63,760 bases of DNA, filler included, from Octopus bimaculoides (GCF_001194135.2; 6 parts of 5 records of this genome joined end to end with filler, not necessarily neighbours in it); one strand, 5' to 3'; counted from the first letter of the whole stretch, positions 27,850 to 40,560 are shown. Program-made: numbers and translations. The notes: generated by a model not told the origin, from the sequence alone.

Positions 27850-29723
27850 TGTTTATCGTTGACGTATCACACACCGCCGATGAACTTCAGTATAGTACTG
27901 TAGCTCAACACCTTCACACAGAGCCATAATAGTCATGCACATAATATTTACTAATTAGTAATGGAAACTATCTCCTACGAAATAGACTTTGGTGGTGATA
28001 TATAAATGTATTAGCCATGAACAACTTAATGCAGCAGATTCCATTGATATGTCAAGCGTAGAACCATACTTTAATTAATGGAAGATTCCTTTATAATGGA
28101 TGGCAGATGACAGCAATAATATTCACCGAGTATCCAAATGCAGATCTATTTGTACCCTTCGTACATATTGGGAAGAATGCAAGATTTAATCAATAATTCT
28201 TATAGATTGACAACTTTCCAATGATAACATTTCTAGGAAATACATTATATCTGCACCGTTAACCAATTATATTATTGCGTTGTATAAGTTAGCTATAAGT
28301 CTCCCATCTGCTAAATTATTGGAAATGATGAACACCTTGTCATTATTATCCAGAGCGTATTTCAATTTAGACATGTTTATAATTGGTGCATGTGAATATC
28401 AAAATTCCAGAATACCCGACATATTGCAATATGTTATTGGATCGTTATTCTCGATTTTCATATAAAAGATCCGGTTGCTGAACCAATATCCTGGGTTCAG
28501 ATTTCAACTTCAGTGCACATGAGTCGACAAATATTCTTTTCGCGGTATTTCATGGCTGTTCATCTTTGAATAACAGATACAATTCTTGGACATAGCTGAC
28601 AATATTAATTGTGTAACATACTCCCTCAAAAAAGGGATTTTGCGTACATAACTATGAAGCGTGTTCCTCGCTGTACTTCATATTTCGTGAATCTTTTAGC
28701 GCTAAACTTGTGAAACTGAGTATAGTATAACTTGTTTGAATTACCAATCCTGGCAGATCTTAAGGAATTTTCAACCAAGGTAGGATCATTAACAAGTAAT
28801 AAATCATTGTTTGAAGTGATTTAATATGAAGTATGCATTCTTCAAATGGGCATGGAGTGCTCATTATACTATATGTTGCACCTCAATATTACTAGCTATT
28901 GATTGAACTGATAACGACAACATTAAATTTGGGTGTGATGTTATGAGATATGGCAATATTTATTAGGCGATTATTGTTGTTGTTGCACTCTCATGATTAA
29001 CCTTCATCGAACTCTCCTAAATATGATTATTTCAAGAATAAGAAAGCATAAATTAGATAACAATCTCTCCACTTTATAACTACAGTAGATGTGGAACTCG
29101 TGCACACCTTCAGATAGAGTGGAGAATGTTATTACGCAGAAAGTGACGGTCTGCCCACATCGCAGTCTACATAGACCAATCTATTCAATTAGGCTTGCAA
29201 ATTCGTTGGTGGCCACAGTGGTTGGAAATAAGTGGGATTAGTCAGAGTTGTCAGATATGTACTTCTGTTATTCTTATTATTAGTGTATGGACTATAGTAG
29301 AGTGAGTGAGGATAGCAAAACTCCTCTATGTATAATGTGAATGTTATGGCTTTGTATGCAACAACAGGTCCATTTGTAAAAATGGATCTCCAGGTGATTT
29401 TGTATAAATTTCGTGTGGATATGAGTAAACTACAAGAGATTTTGTGCTGTAATGAAACAGTATCTGAAAATAGTGAGTAGACATGAGTATCAAATCATCT
29501 CTATATTGATTTGCTATGCATTTTTGGGCTCTGGAAATGTCGTTTTGATACTGGCGAGAAAAAAACAATGGGGTGGAGTTGTAGAAGTGCTGCTCTTCAA
29601 CACTAGAAAATTGTGGAGGTATAACAATGTTTGATGTTGTTTCTGGAGGTAGTCAAAAGAGCATTTAGTTATACACACACACACATACACACACGCACAC
29701 AAACACACACACACATGCATACA

Positions 29724-29782
<59 letters not shown>

Positions 29783-31380
29783 CAGGAGTAAATATTCAAA
29801 ACCGAATATTCATATAGGTTTTATTATTGTTATTATCATTAGCGGCAAATATAAATATTTCATAATAATAATAACAATAATATCTGCTGCAGGAAGAATT
29901 GCACAGCGTTAACTAGCTATACAATGAAATTTATATTTATCATAGAGGCACACGAGGCACCTATCCACTAGAAAGTGGAATTAAAACTCTCAGCTTAACC
30001 GCCAATGACACCGAAAATATCAAGAGACAAGAACAGCAGCTGAGCAAACGAGCAAAAAATTTAATATACCATATCAGTTTAGTGCTATATAGTTTGCTAT
30101 CAGGATATACTTTCATCATGATTTCGAGTTTTGGCAAAATGCCTTAACTATCTCCCCCCTCTTTCTCTTTATATCACTATATGTATATATTCTGTTAGTT
30201 TTATGAGTAAGTGATATAATTGTATGTTATAAATCCGTCATTAGAATGGAGGCATTACTGTTGTTAACGATTAAACTAACAATGTTTAAAGATGTGAATA
30301 ACCTTTCTGCAAGATGTGTGTGCATGTTGTTACTAATGTCAAGGTTTAGTTGGATGCACAACGTTAGATTCAGGAGATTTTGAGGGTTTAGTACGAAATG
30401 TGATCGATGCTTGTGAAAAAGAGATTACTTTAAGTTCTAGCTCTTTAAGTAGTGAATGATGAATTTATCTGATGTTAGGATTTGAGTTGGCTTGTTTGAT
30501 ATATAACCAAAGGTTTTCAAAACATGAATGTTGCAGAAGGTGTTGCGGTTTTCTGTGTAGATTGTTGTACATAATACATATATATATTATTACTTACTGT
30601 GTACCATTTGAAAAAAAGTGTCTGTTTAATCTGATTTCAGTATGAGTTGGAACATTTGGTACTCGAATCACTGGTAGTGTATCTCGAATTTTTGCATTAT
30701 TAGAAAAATAACATCGTGGGTGAAAATAAAACATCTTAATTTCATACTAATCTTTGTTTATGACATTAGTGATGTATTGTAAGTTTTTTTATGACTTCTG
30801 GGCCATACACACGAAGAATAGCCTCGTGATGAAACATCTATTTTTAAATATATTCTATACGCAATTGTGATGTTTTGGGCGTAATAAAGAATATTTCTTC
30901 CAGATTTTAACTTTGAGGAAGTCAATATTATTTTTCTTGAAACGTCTTGTATTTTTCTGAACTGTCTGCAAACAGGCATGCTTGGTACATTTGTTGTGGG
31001 AATTTTAAAAGCTTTGTCAGAATTCAATTCGCACACAGTTTGCGGTTCTGTCATTATTTCACGGATTTCTATTGTTCTGCGAGAACCATTTTTGTGTGTG
31101 AACTATTCATTGTTTTGGGTGTCTATCTATATCTACTTCCTCTTTTGTACCATATTATTATCAGTCTTCCTTTATCATTCATACTCAAAGAGATGAGAAG
31201 ACATTACTGTTCTATCTCATGAACATTTTTCTTGCAATTCCATTCAGGTCTAAATACAACTTAGTTTGTTTATGGAATTTAACTGGAAATTTTGATCTTT
31301 CATTTGGTTTTCGTGATTTTAACGGGATTGAATACGATGCATTAGATTTCGTAATCATGAAACGGTTAGCTCGATCGAAT
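27850..31380 (-). pseudogene. Possible decayed intronless NACHT/NLR-like gene
   Basis: Stop-poor minus-strand frames with motif-like pieces in NACHT order: SRKIILTSSKLKSGRNIL (about 30885-30940), FSQASITFRTKP (30384-30425), LYYTQFHK and NPFFEGVCY (about 28620-28730), then a Leu/Ile-periodic tail. Many stops and frameshifts; the family call is tentative. Confidence 0.35.
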
Positions 31381-32398
31381 ATTTCGAAAAAAAAACAAAC
31401 ACTCAGACACAGCCCGAATATATATTTTTGTTTTAACTACGCCCTATTTGTTAATATGTATGTGTGAGGTTTACAACTAGTATTTTTTCTTCCAGGTTTA
31501 ACTACAGTAACAACTTCATTCGAATTTAGACGTAGTTCACTGGAGTAGTTTGTGTCGATTATATTTCCTAGAGATCTGGACCATACACTGAATAACACGA
31601 ACAATTTTCAAAAGATCTACTTGATATTGCAACCCTTATTTTATATGCATATTTGCTTTTGGTCAACGATGATGAAATAAATATATTAATTTTTTTTATA
31701 GCACAAGGCTCATGTGTTTATCTAACTGTTTATGTTTGGAAATACCTTCCCACTTAGAACATATTACGTACGCGCATATATTCTCCCATAATTCTGTAAC
31801 TTAGTGCTCCTTTTAAGGATAGTTATACTGTGCATATTTTGTTCGTGGTGATGGTGAAGGCGTTTCGATTTTATTAGGAAATGCATGCTCACGAAATATC
31901 GATTCAGGGACTATATATCGATGAAATAAACAAAACTCAGTCTACCATTACACGGCCGTGCAGCTGACATGTATCGATGTAAAAGCATAATTCATAATAT
32001 CGACATTAATCTATATGTGCAAGGGGGTCACATACATGTCACAATTTTGTGTTGAAGCAGTTCTTCTAAAATGCTTTAAATATATCACTTAAGATACAGT
32101 TGCAAAGTTTCATTGACACATGTGGTATATAAAGTTGACAGAAATTAATGATTCATTTATAAGATATTCACTGATAATTATTAGAGAACGAGAATGAGAT
32201 CTTTTAATTATTTCAGTCATTAGACTACTGTCATTAGACTTGAATATTTTGAAATTTAAAGCCTGCTACTTTTTCCATCGATTTCTTTTGTCGTAACGCT
32301 AGATGGTGGGGACATAATCACTCCACCACCGGTTGTCAAATGGTGGTGGGGACAAACACATACACAAAACACACGTCACACGCACGTACATACATAGT

Positions 32399-32498
32399 NN
32401 NNNNNNNNNNNNNNNNNNNNNNNNNNNNNNNNNNNNNNNNNNTTAATTAATTAANNNNNNNNNNNNNNNNNNNNNNNNNNNNNNNNNNNNNNNNNNNN
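32399..32498. other. Artificial scaffold linker
   Basis: 44 N + TTAATTAATTAA + 44 N. Confidence 0.95.
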
Positions 32499-33125
32499 GA
32501 TGGCTAGAAGCAGTGGTGTCACATGTCAGAGTTCTTGATTTCTAAATTCAATGAATCCTTCCCGTCTCTTGCTCCATGTATCTCTGTCAGACCATGTCTG
32601 TCCCTATCTGTTTCTCTCTCCGACTGCGTCCTCGCAATTCTGTGTTACCTGTATATATATGTCGGGCAATCCAGCCAGAAAGAGAGGTATATCGGACGTA
32701 ACAATGCATGTTTTCCTTCCAAAACTGGGTTACTCTGTCATTGTTTTTATCTTCTTTAAACTCTCTGTGACCGTAGAGAGCCAGAGATCAAGTGCCTATG
32801 GCCATAAACAGTCGTGCTCCTTGACAGGACAATGGAAATTCCACTGGCCTGAACAACTAGAACACCATTTCGAACCCAGCTAATGGAAAAGGGACATAAT
32901 GTTTGTTTTTTTTGTTCTTTCCAGCGTTCGTATCATTACAGATTGTGAACTATATTACCATTATTGTTGATAGCATTTATGTTTGCTTCATGTGAAATTT
33001 ATTTCCTCATTATTCTAAGGTGACCCCACCCAGAGATGGGTTGAAGCAGTCGTGTCATATATCCGAGTTCTTAATTTCTAAATTCACTGATTCTTTTGTG
33101 GAGGTAAAAATAGTAAATATATACA
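32499..33125. repeat. About 500-bp dispersed/tandem repeat, copy 1 (with a partial variant-B unit at the start)
   Basis: High similarity to 34995-35516 and 38748-39430. Confidence 0.92.
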
Positions 33126-33249
33126 CTTAAGAAGGCAAATTTTATTTGTTATCTTGTAATTCTTCTCAATTTCTTTCTTCAGTAAATCTGTCTAGTGTTG
33201 TTTGGTTAATTTATAAATATTTCGGTTTTATCAGATTTCACCAAAATTC

Positions 33250-34625
33250 TGTTAGTATTCCTTATTTCCACTATCTTTTAGAGCCTTATTATATACTGGG
33301 GCAACGCTATTGAAAATGTCCTTATCAGAGGAGAGGCTAGATATTCTTTTACTAATGTTCTTAACTAAATTTCTAAACACTATGGGGGGATGGCAGGAAC
33401 CCACATTGATGTAACTAAGTCTATCGTTGGGCTTCCTATAAGGTTTATAAATATTCTTATTTAGATCTAGAGACACATCCATGTAGTTGACGACCGTCAG
33501 GTTGGTATTTGTGGTTATACTAAGACCGAAGGTTTTCATCAAATGGATAATATTCTTTCTGAATCTATCCTGTGCTGGTCCATTTGTATTAGTGGTTAAA
33601 GCTAGGGCATCATCTTTATAAATTGCAAAGTGTATGTTAGGAAAAGTCTTGCACAACGTATCTAGTAGGAATAGTCCAATAAGATCGCATATGCCTGCTC
33701 CATCATATGACCCCATGCTTACATCGAAAGCACCCTCTGTATCGGCAGTCTTGACCCACTTTGCGTTCTCGCTGAAGAGTAAAGTCTTTCTAGCATGAAG
33801 ATTATATCTTTATCTTGTGTACTGATTTCTATAAATCCGCTTGTGAAAGTAAGGGCTTTATCTTGGAGATAGAAGCATAAAAATCAACAATATCGAACTG
33901 CGTGAATCTCGCATTTTTCTTATTCTTAATACCTTTAAACCAGTCGACTACTTCTATACTATAAGACCATTGTACTAACCTAGTTGCATTCCTAACTTCC
34001 GCATTAATTTTCCCTAAAATTTCTTTACTAATAATGCCAAGCTCTGATTTAGCTGGGTTTAATAAACCTACACTTAGGATTGGATATGAAGTTCTTTTTT
34101 GTATGGTTATAAATGCCTCTTTTTTGGGGAGGACCTCTATTTTTTTTTATCTAATTTGAGTCTGGCGGCGATATTACTAGCTTCTTTATTAATATTGTTA
34201 TAGGTTTGTGGTCTAGCCTTGGTGTAATTTTTGATGATGCTATTATGTAGGAGTCGTGAATATGTTTTATTCTCTACTAAGTATAAGTTCTTGGTCTTGT
34301 CACAAAAAAGTGTCTTTTTTTTTGGGAATTTTTTGTGTTTAATGTCTTTTTATAGTTTCTGTTGGAAAGTGTTGAAAGACTTACGAAATTTTAATTTGTT
34401 CATGATTTTCAGTAGGTCCGTTTCGAATTCTTCAAAGCCTTTAATTTTTGGAGGAAATTTCTTAGATTTAAATTTATAGAAAGTATTGTCATAGAAGAAG
34501 GCTTTCCACCTCATGCGCTTAATGAGGTCTGTAATTTTCCCCAAAAGTTTCTTAGAGTATAATTCCCTTGATGGTAGCGGTATGTTTTTCATAGAATAAT
34601 CGATGTGGTAGGCGTCCATATTGAA
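33250..34625 (-). mobile_element. Penelope-like retroelement ORF fragment (N-terminus plus RT; no GIY-YIG)
   Basis: YSMKNIPLPS...KRMRWKAFF; NPAKSELG; QFDIVDFYASI; FDVSMGSYDGAGICDLIG; YKDD catalytic motif; YKPYRKPN..SCHPP. Frameshifted. Confidence 0.9.
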
Positions 34626-34994
34626 TTCTTCTGTGGGGCAGAGTCCTCAACCGATTACTTGTGATCTTCCAAAAGTAAGTTGTATTAGCCCTTATGGAAA
34701 AAACCGTTGTACGGGAGGCACGCGGACCTCCAATGACACCACGGGTCCACACACAAACAGCCCGCAGACTGCTGGCCCAGAGAAGCTCGCGTGCGACAAC
34801 GCTCAGCAAATGAGAAACCCATTCCGGATGGCGAAGCAGCGAAACAAAGCCAGTAGAGCCAGCAGCAACAACAACAGAAAAAGGAAGTAACACACACAAA
34901 ATGTTGCGTAGTGAAAGTAAAGCATTTATTGGCAACAAAGTTCTTTTCCTTTACGTCTGCAACTTTGGCAAAAGCTGGCCAGTCGCTACAGTTC

Positions 34995-35516
34995 CCATCT
35001 CTGTCAGACCATGTCTGTCCCTATCTGTTTCTCTCTCCGTGTTGCCCGTATATATATTAGCCAATCCAGCCAGAAAGAGAGTTATATTGGACGTAACAGT
35101 GCGTGTTTTCCTTCCAAAACTGGGTTACTCTGTCATTGTTTTTATCTTCTATAAACTCTCTGTGACCGTAGAGAGCCAGAGATCAAGTGTCTACGGCCAT
35201 AAACAATCGTGCTCCTTGATAGCACAATGGAAATACCACTGGCCTGAACAACTAGAACACTGTTTCGAACCCAGCTAATGGAAAAGGGACATAATGTTTT
35301 TTTTTTTTGTTCTTTCCGGCGTTCGTATCATTACAGATTGTGAACTATATTACCATTATTGTTGATAGCATTTATGTTTGCTTCATGTGAAATTTATTTC
35401 CTTATTATTCTAAGGTGACTCCACCCAGAGATGGGTTGAAGCAATCGTGTCATATATCTGAGTTCTTCATTTCTAAATTCACTGATTCCTTTGTGGAGGT
35501 AAAAATAGTAAATATA
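34995..35516. repeat. About 500-bp repeat, copy 2
   Basis: Direct repeat of 32578-33120. Confidence 0.92.
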
Positions 35517-35897
35517 NNNNNNNNNNNNNNNNNNNNNNNNNNNNNNNNNNNNNNNNNNNNNNNNNNNNNNNNNNNNNNNNNNNNNNNNNNNNNNNNNNNN
35601 NNNNNNNNNNNNNNNNNNNNNNNNNNNNNNNNNNNNNNNNNNNNNNNNNNNNNNNNNNNNNNNNNNNNNNNNNNNNNNNNNNNNNNNNNNNNNNNNNNNN
35701 NNNNNNNNNNNNNNNNNNNNNNNNNNNNNNNNNNNNNNNNNNNNNNNNNNNNNNNNNNNNNNNNNNNNNNNNNNNNNNNNNNNNNNNNNNNNNNNNNNNN
35801 NNNNNNNNNNNNNNNNNNNNNNNNNNNNNNNNNNNNNNNNNNNNNNNNNNNNNNNNNNNNNNNNNNNNNNNNNNNNNNNNNNNNNNNNNNNNNNNNN

Positions 35898-36850
35898 GGG
35901 GATATCAGCATCGGACGGGGTAAATGGAATTCTGGGAATAAAAGCATCCTCTCCTGTTCCACACCCTGATATAATGGTTGCTTCAAGTACATTTTGCATA
36001 GCTTTCTTTATCACAAGACATGTACCGTTGCAGAGTTTTGTTGGGTTTAGATTCCCAAGAAGCATAACAGGAGTTTCAACTTTCAGCCCAAGTTTATGAG
36101 GTGGCAGTCCTGGAGGTTCAATTGAATTCAGGAATTCGATAGGGTAGTTTACCACTTGGTCAGGGTTGGGAAAAGAATCCATAGATTTGTAGACATATAG
36201 ACTACCAGGAATGATTTGCAGCAGCTGGTCAGTTATTGCGTTGACCAAACTGCTTTTTGGGGCTCTTTCGCATAACCACTTAATGTCCTGCTAGTTTTCA
36301 TGTAGCCTGGGGAAGACTTTTCTTGTGAGCTCTTCTACTGTACTGACAGGTGTACAAATGGAGGATATTAAAATTTGTCCATCTCCATCGAGCATTAGTT
36401 TTCCATCTCCAAGCGATAAAACATTTGAAGCGAATTGCGCTGCTTGTTGGTCATTATTCAGTTTTGCTCACATATTCGTCGTCAGAGTGAGTGTTGTTAC
36501 ATGTTGCCATAACATAGATGATTTGAGGCATGCACTGACTTCGTCAGCCCTGGTCCTTTTGGGAATAACAGGAAGTGCCAGACGAAAGTCACCAGAAAGA
36601 AGAAGGGTTATACTTCCCATAGGAGTCGGGAAATCCCTGATGTCTTGGTGTGTAGTGTTGAGGGCTTCTAGAGCTCATCTGTGGGCCATAGTGCATTCAT
36701 CCCACACGATGAGTTGTCACTTCTGAAAAAGCATGCCTTTTTCAGATGTTTTGGTGATATTGCAGGAGGGGCTTTCAAATTTCGCTAAGTCTAAAGGCAG
36801 CTTAAAAGCAGAATGAGCAGTCCTGCCACCATTGAAAATCTCTACGAAGA
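35898..36850 (-). mobile_element. Helitron PIF1-like helicase fragment
   Basis: GGRTAHSAFKLPL, LIVWDECTM, GDFRL.LPVI, YPIEFLNSIEPPGLPPHKL, NLNPTKLCNGT, FIPRIP. Contains internal stops. Confidence 0.93.
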
Positions 36851-36864
36851 CCAATGTCTAGGCG

Positions 36865-37716
36865 TGGAGAAAGCTGACCAAATGTATCTATCAGGGAGTA
36901 ATCAACGGCGTGCAACACTATAGGCGAATGCTTAGGTTTGTCCGTACTGAAGCGAAGAGGCCAAATATAAAAGAAGAAGAACAGGTGTCAACCATGAAGT
37001 ACTTCTTCAACACCTGGTCCCGGACAAATATTGCACGATTAAAGGTAGGTGCAGAGGAAGAAATAGACGTGCTCAATTTCCTCCTTTGAAGTTTTTCAGA
37101 GACTTTATAGGAGCACGGTTGAATGCACTTGTGTGCCTTGTCAGCAAATTTCGCATGATACCAGCACATACCAGGTTGTGTCCTGGAAGGTGAATTACTT
37201 TGAGATGTTACGAGAGCGTGAAGAAGAACGCTTAGAACGGTACAGATCATTCACCCGACGCGCAAGTTCATCTATTTTGTCGGCAAGAACATCACAGGAG
37301 GGAGAGGATTTATGTGTGGCAATTGATGAAACCTCAGAAGAGAGACAGGCACTGTGTGCAGGCTGGGCGGAAAATTCAAGAATCTTATCCGCCATCTTAT
37401 CCGTGTTGGCGTCAAGCGCCGTTGCCAAAATTGTCCGCATGTGAGATGGTAAACGAGAGAAAAAAATCTTACGTAGGAGAGGAGCGTCAGTCGACTCACC
37501 ACTCAACTCCCTTAGGTGGCGTAAAAATTCTGAAGGTGTCCTGTCACCTAATTCCTCATCTGCCATCAGCTCATTGAATCTGCTTTCGGCAGACTTCGTG
37601 TTGCGTTGCAAAATTTCTGCCTTTACAGACACATAAGAGGCGTCCGGGTTCGGAGATGTAACTAAATCCCTGGCAGATGTTGCAAGCTTGTTACTGCTTG
37701 GTTCTTCTGGCCCAAT
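36865..37716 (-). mobile_element. Ty3/Gypsy (CsRn1-like) gag-protease fragment
   Basis: EELGDRTPSEFLRHLREL, a CHCC knuckle CWYHAKFADKAHKCIQPC (C-x2-H-x9-C-x3-C, typical of the CsRn1 clade) and a degenerate protease site FMVDTCSS. Confidence 0.85.
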
Positions 37717-38360
37717 ATGTGGAGATCGATAACCTCTTGGGCACGCTCTTGTTTGAAGGGCCAGAGTGCTAAAGTCCATAGACACGTTCGTGCTCCACTT
37801 GGACAGTTTTCTTCTCCTGAGGCCTGTTTTTGCCATGTCCACCTTGATTCGGTTGGACCATGGCCTGCGAGTCGCAGTTTCTCAGATATTTTAACTAGTA
37901 TCGATCGTTTCTCCCGTTGGCTGGAAGCCATACCTATAGCAGACATTTCTGCTGAAACTGTTGCAAAAGCCTTCGTGTCTAATTGGGTTTCTAAGTTCGA
38001 TGTACCGTCCAGTTTAACAACAGATCGTGGTCGACAATTCGAAGCTGTCTTATTTCGTGAGTTATCACGAATCCTGGGGGTGCATCATATACACACGACT
38101 AGTTACCATCCTGCTTCTAATGGGATGGTGGAGCGTTTTCACAGTCAACTTAAGGCCGCGTTGCGTTCCACACCGAATCCACAGTCGTGGACTGAATTTC
38201 TTCCTATCGTCCTGCTTGGATGTCGGACTATGGTTAAAGCAGACCTTGGTTTTTCTTCCACCGAGCTCTTGTATGGTACCACACAGGCATTGCTTGGTAC
38301 GATGTTGGTACCAGACAAGTCACAGTCTCTTAATCTAGAGTCTTACGTTGCTCGACGTTT
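37717..38360 (+). mobile_element. Ty3/Gypsy integrase (rve) fragment
   Basis: [51 protein letters not shown]. Confidence 0.92.
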
Positions 38361-38747
38361 GCGTGTTTTCCTCCCAAAACTGGAAGAGCGGCACAAATTG
38401 TGGAGTTAAATTTTCATCACTAACTAACTTAGTGAATTTGTCAATATGTCAGCTTCATCCTTGTCAGCTGATCACTTTTATCACATGGCACGAAACTGTA
38501 ACCCATGTTGATCCTTGAAATTCCACAGCCTTCACTATGATTGCACTTGTCTTTTCTTCATGGGATGTTTTTGCTTGTTCTTCATAAAGGTATAATAAAA
38601 AACGAAGAAGAAAGAAAACCAAACTGTTTAGAAATGACACGAGTGTGTTTATGCAGCAAGTAGCGCCAACAAATTGTAGCGAATGGTTGGTGCAGTGACC
38701 CCGGAAATTTGAATTTCTACCTGAAATTAGTGCTGGATTACAGATTG

Positions 38748-38919
38748 TGAACTATATTACCATTATTGTTGATAGCATGTATGTTTGCTTCATGTGAAAT
38801 TAATTTCCTTATTATTCTAAGGTGACCCCACCCAGAGATGGGTTGAAGCAATCGTGTCATATATCCGAGTTCTTAATTTCTAAATTCACTGATTCCTTTG
38901 TGGAGGTAAAAATAGTATA

Positions 38920-38960
<41 letters not shown>

Positions 38961-39430
38961 TGTATATCAGGCAATCCAGCCAGAAAGAGAGGCATACTGC
39001 ACGTAACAGTGCGTGTTTTCCTTCCAAAACTGGGTTACTCTGTCATTGTTTTTATCTTCTATAAACTCTCTGTGACCATAGAGTGCCAGAGATCAAGTGC
39101 CTACGGCCATAAACAATCGTGCTCCTTGATAGGACAATGGAAATACCACTGACCTGAACAACTAGAACACCGTTTCGAACCCAGCTAATGGAAAAGGGCA
39201 ATATTTTTTTTTGTTTTTTCCGGCGTTTGTATCATTACAGATTGTGAACTATATTACCATTATTGTTGATAGCATTTATGTTTGCTTCATGTGAAATTAA
39301 TTTCCTTGTTCCAAGCGACCCCCGCCCCCATCTCCGAGATGGCTAGAAGCAGTGGTGTCATATATCAGAGTTCTTGATTTCTAAATTCAATGAATCCTTT
39401 GTGGAGGTAAAAATAGTAAATATATATATA
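38748..39430. repeat. About 500-bp repeat, copy 3 (about 1.4 tandem units joined through (TA)n)
   Basis: ATTACAGATTGTGAAC recurs at about 38748 and 39233 (period about 486 bp). Confidence 0.92.
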
Positions 39431-40560
39431 TGTATATATAATAGAAAGTGGATTCGAGGAAAACAGATTACACGTGGTGTATATAGATAGAAAAGACAAA
39501 AATGAAAATACACATCAAGTATAAAAATTAAAAACTTTTTATGTATAAAAAAAATTTAAATACATACAATTAGCTGAATTAGGTTGGATAACGAGTCATT
39601 ATTGTTGTTTTTTAAGAATTTCAAAGATAAAAATACCAGTTTCGCGACAAAGCACTTCATCTTTCTTTGACTAAGGTCAATATCAAAATGGTGTCAGGTC
39701 TAATAATCTCTGGTAGAGAATTAGATGCAAGGAAGGTAAGCAGTTATGGACGTGATATAATTGGGGTAGAGAAATGAGATTATACTGGAGGGTAAGGGTG
39801 TTGGAATTATTGAAGAAGTAAGTAGTGTCCTGTGTTGGGTTGTGTGTTCATGTTGAGTTGTGGATGATATTTATTGATGAAGAATGCTTCTTTATTTAGT
39901 CTTTGCTGTACTGAGGTGTTTTGTGAACATTGGTAAAAAGGGAAGATCAGGAAGTTAGGTATAAACACAATAATAGGCAGGCCGTCATGCAAACAAAGTG
40001 TATGTGTATACAAACATGGATGCATGTGCGTGCAAGTAATACAGAGCATAGAAAAGAGTCTATAAGGGCGTTAGAAGAAAGTCCAGACACAAGGATTGTA
40101 AATACCAGTTCGTAGTTAAAGTACACAATAGATTGAAAGTCTGTATATGAGAGGTTGAGGCGTGGAGGAAGAGCTAAGTCACATGTCGTGAAGTTCAGAC
40201 TTCTATGCCGAGCCGGGTACTTGATACAGGAGTTCTCGAAGGTTGTATTCGCTGTTAACCATGGTGAAATAATTCACAAACAGTGTTGAGATAGAACCTG
40301 TGCGAGTGCTGTTGGTTGCTGTGTACGTAGCAAGAAGTTGGTGTTGACCCTAAGAAGCTGGAGGCGATGAAGATGGAGGTCCGTAAGCTGCTGAACGAAG
40401 TGTTGGGTCTCCATGAGGCTATTGTCGTGTCGTCGCTGGAACTGGCTGTGTGCTCTGTGGTCAGCGGCTAGACCTCAGAAGGTGTTGCTTTGTACTGTCT
40501 GTAGAAAAAAATATTGTTGACCAACTTTACGTCGTTGCTGCAAGGAAAAAAACAATACAG
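39430..40560 (-). mobile_element. Second Penelope-like relic (GIY-YIG C-terminus and 3' UTR; probable N-terminal piece upstream)
   Basis: PNFLIFPFYQCSQNTSVQQRLNKEAFFINKYHPQLN resembles the end of PLE endonucleases. A hammerhead-like motif lies in the 3' UTR. Assignment of 40140-40560 is weaker. Confidence 0.6.

Noticed and set aside
30250-31000. Penelope N-terminal region
   Set aside because: Only vague similarity. The NACHT-like reading fits motif order better, and neither is proven.
34902-34990. TGTAG…AATAAA…CAACA mini-LTR on the minus strand
   Set aside because: Only 89 bp, with no partner copy, PBS or TSD. It cannot be supported as an LTR.
38688-38705. PBS-like TGGTGCAGTGACCCCGGA
   Set aside because: No LTR-ending CA immediately upstream and no gag downstream.
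40140-40420. In-frame TGA in a long open PLE-like frame, suggesting selenocysteine recoding
   Set aside because: No SECIS-like structure was found in the 3' UTR. A CGA>TGA decay mutation is simpler.
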